DNA of 64,000 bases from Escherichia coli (GTDB lineage Bacteria > Pseudomonadota > Gammaproteobacteria > Enterobacterales > Enterobacteriaceae), in NCBI RefSeq assembly GCF_013122565.1, contig NZ_CP053258.1, one strand, 5' to 3'. The position numbers and the translations under genes are program-made. This document shows, piece by piece, positions 56,790-64,000 of this stretch (its first letter is position 1; each line of letters opens with the position of its first letter). The notes below the pieces were generated by a model. That model did not search any database. It saw only the letters and a program-made list of their open reading frames with translations, and was not told where the DNA came from.

Positions 56790-57503
56790 TTATTTGTTTT
56801 GGAAATGTTTGTTTTTTCCCGGTAGTGATTTGTCAAAAAAGGTGATTAATCGATCACTTAATGGCGTCAGCAACACCCAGGGCAAACCGATCAATATCAC
56901 GGTCATCGAACCGACAATGATGTCAGTAAACCAGTGTGCGCCAATCATTACTCTGGGAAACGCAAAAACCACAAAAATAATAAGGGCGATAAGACCTGCA
57001 GCTTTGCCGAAATAACGCCACATGAATGCCGAAAAAATAAGCAGCATCATGCCGTGATCGCCGGGAAAGCTATCTCGTGAGGCATCTTTCGTGGGGACAG
57101 AGAGCAGTTCGCTGACGCGGTTAATATCGGTAAAAGTCAATGTTGGGCTGGCCCGTTTTACTGGAATTAATGCCTGACCCAGCTGGTTTAATACCACTGC
57201 AGTTAATAGCATGACCAGACCAATAATCACGATACGTCGTCTACCTGGAGCGTTTTCTTTCAGCCAGAAACTCAGCATCAACATTCCCATCGCCAGCAGT
57301 GAACAACCGTCGAAAGCGCGATTGTTGGTCAATGCAACCAGCCATAAAAAGGCCTTACTTTCGACCAGTTTCTGATTAAAGAAATAAAAAATATCCGCAT
57401 CAATCGGCAACCAGAACCCATGATTAACGGGAATATACCAGGAAAGAAACAGCGCGAGGCCGACAATATTCAACAACACTATTTGCGGCAAATTTTTAAT
57501 CAT
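56790..57503 (-). CDS. lpxT: lipid A 1-diphosphate synthase LpxT (YeiU), PAP2 family, 237 aa
   Basis: MIKNLPQIVLLNIVGLALF; start trimmed from track ORF. Confidence 0.9.
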   Translation of the reverse strand: MIKNLPQIVLLNIVGLALFLSWYIPVNHGFWLPIDADIFYFFNQKLVESKAFLWLVALTNNRAFDGCSLLAMGMLMLSFWLKENAPGRRRIVIIGLVMLLTAVVLNQLGQALIPVKRASPTLTFTDINRVSELLSVPTKDASRDSFPGDHGMMLLIFSAFMWRYFGKAAGLIALIIFVVFAFPRVMIGAHWFTDIIVGSMTVILIGLPWVLLTPLSDRLITFFDKSLPGKNKHFQNK

Positions 57504-57541
57504 ATTTTCTCTAATTATCTTACTGAAAAACGCAGGCAACC

Positions 57542-58528
57542 TTACGCGGTAGTCGCTAAACGAAGCTTCAACAGCGCGCTCTGCAAGGCATTCCAGTCAG
57601 CTTCGCTGCTGGAAATCAGCTCAATACGACTGTCCGGTGGCGCAACGTTTTGCGTTTCAATGTGCAGGTCATCGCCCTGACGGTTGATTCGCACCAGCCC
57701 TTCGGGAATACGCAGCACGCCTTTGACGCGTTCCACCGGTGCAAGTCGCGCCCATTCCAGAATTCCAATGGTGTCGAATACCGTATCAGCGTCGAATATC
57801 CAGCCGCAGGCCTGATATCCTTGCCCGCTGTTCAGACTGCGACGCCAGCGTTGGTGCTCTGGCAGGCTTAACGCTGCTAACCCTTTTTTCACGCCATGCT
57901 GATGAGAATGCGCGGCGCTGGCGGGCAACTCGGCTAAATTGCGACGCGGCAAATCCAGAAGATGACCGTCAACTTTCCCATGCTCACTGTGAATTAATTG
58001 CCGATCGCCACCATTTTGCTGCCACCAGCGCTGTAGCGCTTGCTCACTTTCGGGCGTCGCACGGTCGGATTTATTGGCGACAATAATGTCTGCGGCAGCC
58101 AGCTGGTCACGGAAGTTTTCATTGCTGGCGCTTTTTTCGTCCAGCAGCAGGCGTGGATCGAGAATGCACAACGTGGCGCGTAGATCTATCCACGGTTCAT
58201 AGACTGGCGCGGTTAAGAGATCGAGGATCTGTTTCGGATGGCCCAGCCCGGTCGGCTCTATCAACAAGCGGTCTGGTTTTCCCTGACGCAGTAAGGTATT
58301 CAACCCTACCTGCATGGGTAAACCATTAACGCAGCACATGCAGCCGCCGGGGATCTCTTTCAGCAATGCGCCGCTATCGGCGAGCAAAGCACCATCAATT
58401 CCGACTTCCCCAAATTCATTAACCAGTACCGCCCATTTTTCGTTGGGATCTTTATGGGCTAACAGATGAAGAATCGACGTAGTTTTCCCGCTGCCGAGAA
58501 AACCGGTGATGAGGTTGGTCCTGGTCAC
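57542..58528 (-). CDS. yeiR: zinc-binding GTPase YeiR (CobW/COG0523 family), 328 aa
   Basis: Walker A GFLGSGKTT, CxCC motif (GGCMCC). Confidence 0.92.
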   Translation of the reverse strand: MTRTNLITGFLGSGKTTSILHLLAHKDPNEKWAVLVNEFGEVGIDGALLADSGALLKEIPGGCMCCVNGLPMQVGLNTLLRQGKPDRLLIEPTGLGHPKQILDLLTAPVYEPWIDLRATLCILDPRLLLDEKSASNENFRDQLAAADIIVANKSDRATPESEQALQRWWQQNGGDRQLIHSEHGKVDGHLLDLPRRNLAELPASAAHSHQHGVKKGLAALSLPEHQRWRRSLNSGQGYQACGWIFDADTVFDTIGILEWARLAPVERVKGVLRIPEGLVRINRQGDDLHIETQNVAPPDSRIELISSSEADWNALQSALLKLRLATTA

Positions 58529-58645
58529 AACGGCTCCGCAATACTCTGATAAGTTAACTGAGCGTTAATCCTGGCTAAAAACGGCAGAAAAGAGAAGGGG
58601 AGAGCGGACGAAGGCGAGCTTCATCCGCTTTAACCGCAGAAATCG

Positions 58646-60112
58646 TTAAATTTTGAGGGTGTTTAATAGCGCCTGATGTGCGCCGAATTGTACGATTTGT
58701 TGCCAGGCTTGTTCGATGGCCTGCACAAAATGCGGGTTATCTGGCAGATCATCACCGAAAACTTCACGCAGGGAAAGCAGGGCGGTGACGCGTTGCTCAC
58801 TGCTGCTGCCCGCAACAAGATCGCGAATTTTATCGCTAAGCGGATCGCGAACATCAATGGCATTTCCGGCATCATCAACGCCGCTGACGTAACGCATCCA
58901 GCCTGCAACGCCTAATGCCAGCAACGACCAGTCCGTTTCGCGCCCCAGATGTATGCGAATACCTGCCAGCATACGTTGCGGTAATTTCTGGCTGCCATCC
59001 ATCGCGATTTGCCAGGTCTTATGTTTCAGCGCCGGATTAGCAAAACGTGCAATTAACTTATCCGCATATTGTGTTAAATCGACATCTTTAATTTGCAGTG
59101 TCGGCGCTTGCTCATTCAGCATTAATGTTCTGGCGGCATGGCGAAATGCGCGATCCTGCATGCAATCACTGATATGGGCGAATCCTGAGAGGTAACCCAG
59201 ATAAGCGAGAAAAGAGTGGCTGCCATTAAGCATACGCAGTTTCATCTCTTCCCATGGCAGGACATCATTCACCATTTGTACACCTGCGACTTCCCAGGCA
59301 GGACGCCCAGCGACGAAGTTATCTTCCACCACCCACTGGATAAACGGTTCGCAGCTAATCGCGCAGGGATCATTTACCCCCAGATGCTGGCTGATTTCTG
59401 CCAGTGATTCGGCGGTTGCAGCCGGAACAATGCGGTCGACCATGGTTCCCGGAAAACTGACGTGCTCTTTTATCCACCCGGCGAGTTCTGGCGAACGTTT
59501 TTCTGCCATTCCCAGCACCGCGTTTTTCACCACATGACCATTGTCGGGAATATTGTCGCAGGAGAGCACGGTAAACGGTGTAAGGCCGCGCTCACGGCGG
59601 CGTTTCAGTGCTTCGACGAGAATACCCGGTGCGGAGTGAGGTTCTTCAGGGGTTTGTAGATCGTGAATAATCCGCGGATTGCTGGTGTCGAGTGCACCGG
59701 TGGCCGGGTCAATACAATAGCCTTTTTCGGTAATCGTCAGGGAAACAATTGCCACCTGTGGCTCGCAAAACTTCTCAATAATTGCCGCTAAGGAATCCAG
59801 TTTTGCATTCAGGCATTCGTGAACGGCACCGACAATTATCGCCTGATTGCCGTCCGCCCCTTTCTCCAGCACGGTATATAAATGGTTCTGTGCGCGGAGC
59901 TGGCTCATCAGTTGATCACCGCTGAACAAGCTGATTTCACAGATCCCCCAGTCACCGCCCTGGGCATTCAGCACACGATCGGTCAGTAACGCCTGATGTG
60001 CGCGGTGAAAGGCTCCAAAGCCAAAATGAACGATACGTGATTGCAACTGCTGGCGATCGTAGCGTGGAGCGTGTACATGATGCGGGAGCGTAACGGAGGC
60101 GATTGTATTCAT
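58646..60112 (-). CDS. yeiQ: mannitol dehydrogenase-family oxidoreductase YeiQ, ~488 aa
   Basis: long-chain mannitol dehydrogenase family length and position; exact start uncertain (60112 vs 60121). Confidence 0.88.
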   Translation of the reverse strand: MNTIASVTLPHHVHAPRYDRQQLQSRIVHFGFGAFHRAHQALLTDRVLNAQGGDWGICEISLFSGDQLMSQLRAQNHLYTVLEKGADGNQAIIVGAVHECLNAKLDSLAAIIEKFCEPQVAIVSLTITEKGYCIDPATGALDTSNPRIIHDLQTPEEPHSAPGILVEALKRRRERGLTPFTVLSCDNIPDNGHVVKNAVLGMAEKRSPELAGWIKEHVSFPGTMVDRIVPAATAESLAEISQHLGVNDPCAISCEPFIQWVVEDNFVAGRPAWEVAGVQMVNDVLPWEEMKLRMLNGSHSFLAYLGYLSGFAHISDCMQDRAFRHAARTLMLNEQAPTLQIKDVDLTQYADKLIARFANPALKHKTWQIAMDGSQKLPQRMLAGIRIHLGRETDWSLLALGVAGWMRYVSGVDDAGNAIDVRDPLSDKIRDLVAGSSSEQRVTALLSLREVFGDDLPDNPHFVQAIEQAWQQIVQFGAHQALLNTLKI

Positions 60113-60285
60113 AGGAGTCACGTCTTAGTAACGATTAATTAACAATGACAGTGTAAAGTTATATGACAGCAATTGAAATTGGTCTGGATTGTTAATGCGA
60201 TGAAGTGTGAGGGCGATCAATCAACGAGTGAATATTGCGGGCGTAAGGTGTTCAGGAAGCGCAAAATAGAAGATTGGTATAATAA

Positions 60286-60320
60286 ATTAAAAAAGGGACA
60301 GCCTGAGCTATCCCTTTTCT
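60286..60320. terminator. terminator-like hairpin (gggacagc...gctatccc) flanked by A-run and T-run, downstream of yeiP
   Basis: imperfect inverted repeat with aaaaaa / ctttt flanks. Confidence 0.6.
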
Positions 60321-60334
60321 GCATGCGGATGAAG

Positions 60335-60907
60335 TTAGTCAGCACGCCCCATATAACGGCGTTCTTCGATATGGATACGAATTTTTTCGCCCGGGCTTAA
60401 GTATTCTGGTACCTGAATCACCAGACCAGTGCTCAATGTCGCCGGTTTGTTACGGGCGCTGGCAGATGCACCTTTGATGCCTGGTGCGGTTTCAACGATT
60501 TCCAGATCAACGGTCTGCGGCAGCTCAAGCGCCAGCAATTGACCGTCCCAGGTCAGCACCTGCATGTCCGGCATCCCGCCCTCTGGCATAAACAGCAACT
60601 CTTCTTCAATCTGATCTTTGGTGAAGGTATACGGGGTATAGTCTTCTTTATCCATAAAGACATATTCGTTACCATCGACATAGGAGAAGTCAACGTAACG
60701 GCGGGTCAGCGTCACGGTGTCAACGATATCATCACCTTTGAAACGCTCTTCTACTTTCAGCCCGGTACGGACATCAGAAAAACGCATTTTGTACAGCGTA
60801 GCGGCACCGCGGGCAGTGGGCGACTGAATATCAATGTCCTTAACCAGCAGCAGTTTGCCGTTGTAATTCAGTACCATACCTTTTTTAATTTCGTTCGCTC
60901 TTGGCAT
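60335..60907 (-). CDS. yeiP: elongation factor P-like protein YeiP, 190 aa
   Basis: [30 protein letters not shown]; start trimmed from the 275-aa track ORF. Confidence 0.93.
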
Positions 60908-61061
60908 CGAAAAATTCCTGTAGTCGAAAATGTCAAAAATATCGCGACAAAGTACTCGCGACGGGCCTTTCGGGCAAGTGGTATTCGCACTTTTGCTGGT
61001 GCAAAAAAGGTGGTACTGTGCGCGCTCATCAATCCGGTGGTTAACCTTAAGAGAACAACGT

Positions 61062-61316
61062 ATGGAATGCCGTCCGGGTTGCGGGGCGTGTTGCACTGCC
61101 CCTTCAATTTCCAGCCCTATTCCCGGTATGCCAGATGGCAAGCCCGCCAATACGCCCTGCATTCAGCTTGATGAACAGCAACGCTGTAAAATTTTCACCT
61201 CGCCACTGCGGCCGAAAGTCTGTGCAGGCTTACAAGCCAGCGCTGAAATGTGCGGTAACTCGCGTCAGCAGGCAATGACCTGGCTTATCGATCTGGAAAT
61301 GCTGACCGCGCCTTAA
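61062..61316 (+). CDS. yeiW: small Cys-rich protein YeiW (UPF0153), 84 aa
   Basis: [15 protein letters not shown]...; start taken inside track ORF. Confidence 0.85.
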
Positions 61317-62494
61317 ACATCTTTAATCCGCAGTAAGCAAAACAGAGTGGCGATAATCATCACCATCGCAAACCAGAACACAGCGTGATAATTCCAGATC
61401 TCGGCGACGATGCCCGCCACTGATCCTGCGATGATCCAGCCCACGCGCGACGTGTTGGTATAGAGCGTGGTGGCTGAACCTGCCTGACCGGGCATCAGAT
61501 CCTGAAAATAGAGCATCCCGATGCCGCCCAGAATGCCAATAAAAATAGCATTTAGCAGCTGCAAGCCCAACAGAATGACAGGTGAATGCGCCATCAGCAT
61601 TCCTGCGTAAAAACAGACGCCACCCACGGCAGCAACGCGCATTAAGAAACGCTTACCCAGACGTTTGGCGAAATATCCGGCAATCAACATGGTCGGGATT
61701 TCCAGCCCGGCGGCGGTCCCCATCATCACACCGGCCAGTTTCTCGGGAAGATGGAGTTCGTTGATAATAAATAGCGGCATGTTGATGATGTACAGGCTGT
61801 TCGAGCCCCACATCAATGTACAAATGACAAACAGCAGCAGCGTATTGCGACGGTTACGGCGCGGCGCTTCAAGCGTGCCGGTCGCCAGCGGAAGCTCTTT
61901 TTGCATCGACGGTAAAAACAGCCATACCATCACGCCGCAAACAATAAACGCTACCGCTGCGCTCAGATACATTACCGTAAAGCTGAAACCCATCGCTAAG
62001 GCATAAGCCAGCGGCGGGCCAATGACCCATGCCAGTGAAACCTGAGCGCGTAAAAAAGAGCTGAACATCACCGCTTCACGTCCGGTTTTGTCGGCATGTT
62101 CACGGGCAAGGGCAAACATTTGCGGGTTAGCGGTCGAGCCAAAACTGCTAAGAAAGACGCCAACGAATAGCAAAACAAAGTAGTTGCGATTCCAGGCAAA
62201 AAGGGTGCAGGCCAGCACGCCTAACAGGCAGCAAAAGACAATCAGCGATTTGCGATCGCCGCGCTTATCAGAGCGCCCGGCGAGAAACTGACTTACCAGA
62301 ATCCCAATGACAGCGCTGCCGGTAAAGAAGAATCCCACCATCGCCGGACGGGCATGTACTTCATCGGTAAGAAAAATACTGAGTGTCGGGGTTTGCAGAG
62401 CGCCCGCAATACCGGTGAGAAAGGCAACGATTAAAAACGCCGTCGAGGTCAGGTCAAACGATTTCGCGCTGGAGACTGCGGGGGAGTTATGCAT
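61313..62494 (-). CDS. setB: MFS sugar efflux transporter SetB, 393 aa
   Basis: 393-aa 12-[33 protein letters not shown]. Confidence 0.92.
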
Positions 62495-62761
62495 GCTGGT
62501 CGATCACTGGAAGAGGAAGACGCGGAGTTTACGCTGCTTGTCAGAAAATAAACAGACAGCGAAATCAAAAGCGCCACGAATAATCAAAATGCCATTTCAC
62601 TGTTGCTGATTTGCTGCTGACGCTGCTGAAATGAAATTGCTGATAACGGATTTTCCCATCAGCAATTAGGAAAAATGACAAAAAATTGTGCAGCACATCA
62701 AACTTTCGCTCATAACTTTACGGCATTCCTTGCGTGCAGAAACAGAAGTATTATGCTTTCT

Positions 62762-62847
62762 TGAAACGTTTCAGCGCGATCTTGTCTTTAACCCTAAGCC
62801 AGGTTGGCGCTTTTTTTCTCATAGAGGCTGAATCGTTTCAATTCAGC
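62762..62847 (+). promoter_or_regulatory. fruBKA promoter region with two Cra(FruR) operators: tgaaacgtttca (62762-62773) and gctgaatcgtttcaattcagc (62827-62847)
   Basis: perfect and near-perfect palindromes matching the Cra box GCTGAAACGTTTCA. Confidence 0.8.
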
Positions 62848-62861
62848 AAGAGAGGAGAACT

Positions 62862-63992
62862 ATGTTCCAGTTATCCGTACAGGACATCCATCCGGGCGAA
62901 AAGGCCGGAGACAAAGAAGAGGCGATTCGCCAGGTCGCTGCGGCGCTGGTGCAGGCCGGTAATGTAGCAGAAGGCTACGTCAATGGCATGCTGGCGCGCG
63001 AACAGCAAACCTCAACGTTCCTCGGCAATGGTATTGCTATTCCCCACGGCACTACCGACACCCGCGATCAGGTGCTGAAAACCGGCGTTCAGGTATTTCA
63101 GTTCCCGGAAGGCGTCACCTGGGGTGACGGTCAGGTAGCGTACGTAGCGATCGGTATTGCTGCCAGCTCGGATGAGCATCTGGGCCTGCTACGCCAGCTG
63201 ACCCACGTACTGAGCGATGATTCCGTTGCTGAACAACTGAAGTCAGCAACAACAGCAGAAGAACTTCGCGCATTGCTGATGGGCGAAAAGCAGAGTGAGC
63301 AGCTGAAGCTCGACAACGAAATGCTGACGCTGGATATCGTCGCCAGCGATCTGCTGACTCTTCAGGCGCTTAACGCTGCGCGTCTGAAAGAAGCGGGAGC
63401 AGTTGACGCCACTTACGTCACCAAAGCCATCAATGAACAACCGCTGAACCTCGGACAGGGCATCTGGCTGAGCGATAGCGCCGAAGGCAATCTGCGTAGC
63501 GCGATTGCGGTAAGCCGTGCGGCAAATGCTTTTGATGTGGACGGCGAAACGGCAGCCATGCTGGTGAGTGTGGCGATGAATGACGATCAGCCCATCGCGG
63601 TTCTTAAGCGTCTCGCTGATTTGTTGCTCGACAATAAAGCTGACCGCTTGCTGAAAGCGGATGCGGCAACGTTGCTGGCGCTGCTGACCAGCGATGATGC
63701 GCCGACCGACGACGTGTTAAGCGCGGAGTTTGTGGTGCGCAATGAACACGGCCTGCATGCTCGTCCAGGTACCATGCTGGTCAATACCATTAAACAATTT
63801 AACAGTGATATTACCGTGACAAACCTTGATGGCACCGGCAAACCGGCAAACGGACGTAGTCTGATGAAAGTTGTGGCACTTGGCGTTAAGAAAGGTCATC
63901 GCCTACGCTTTACCGCCCAGGGTGCAGATGCTGAACAGGCGCTGAAAGCCATTGGCGAAGCTATCGCTGCTGGTCTTGGGGAGGGCGCATAA
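62862..63992 (+). CDS. fruB: fructose PTS multiphosphoryl transfer protein FruB (EIIA-FPr), 376 aa
   Basis: [35 protein letters not shown]; C-terminal HPr-like domain ([10 protein letters not shown]). Confidence 0.94.
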   Translation: MFQLSVQDIHPGEKAGDKEEAIRQVAAALVQAGNVAEGYVNGMLAREQQTSTFLGNGIAIPHGTTDTRDQVLKTGVQVFQFPEGVTWGDGQVAYVAIGIAASSDEHLGLLRQLTHVLSDDSVAEQLKSATTAEELRALLMGEKQSEQLKLDNEMLTLDIVASDLLTLQALNAARLKEAGAVDATYVTKAINEQPLNLGQGIWLSDSAEGNLRSAIAVSRAANAFDVDGETAAMLVSVAMNDDQPIAVLKRLADLLLDNKADRLLKADAATLLALLTSDDAPTDDVLSAEFVVRNEHGLHARPGTMLVNTIKQFNSDITVTNLDGTGKPANGRSLMKVVALGVKKGHRLRFTAQGADAEQALKAIGEAIAAGLGEGA

Positions 63993-64000
63993 TGAGCAGA
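63992..64000 (+). CDS. fruK: 1-phosphofructokinase FruK, first 3 codons only (MSR...), continues beyond window
   Basis: ATG overlapping fruB stop (taATGagcaga); identification rests on operon context. Confidence 0.5.

Noticed and set aside
60539-61171. 210-aa plus-strand ORF overlapping yeiP
   Set aside because: Antisense to yeiP; the real plus-strand gene here is the short yeiW, starting at 61062 in a different frame.

Overview
This window reads as an Escherichia coli-type chromosomal backbone, in reverse orientation to the K-12 map as I recall it: yfaS(3' part)-yfaQ-yfaP, rcsC / rcsB-rcsD, micF / ompC, apbE-ada-alkB-yojI, mqo, eco, napFDAGHBC-ccmABCDEFGH, narP, an intact yejO autotransporter, tRNA-Pro, yejM-yejL, yejK, rplY, radD(yejH), rsuA-bcr-yejG, yejFEBA, rtn, mepS, lpxT, yeiR, yeiQ, yeiP, yeiW, setB and fruB. 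Gene names are recognised from the translated ORFs by memory; no database search was run. The most interesting feature is a ~3.1 kb insertion between yejK and rplY (40386-43545). It carries three co-directional genes: a NapC/NirT-family tetraheme quinol dehydrogenase paralog, a signal-peptide-bearing FAD flavoprotein of the fumarate-reductase/FAD_binding_2 type, and a small tetraheme cytochrome c. Together they look like a periplasmic quinol-to-substrate respiratory reductase chain of unknown substrate, and I do not recognise it as a characterised E. coli system. Other differences from the K-12 reference are the absence of the ato locus between yfaP and rcsC, and an intact yejO. REP/BIME repeat arrays, micF, the ompC OmpR region, the napF FNR/NarP sites and the fruB Cra operators are also visible.
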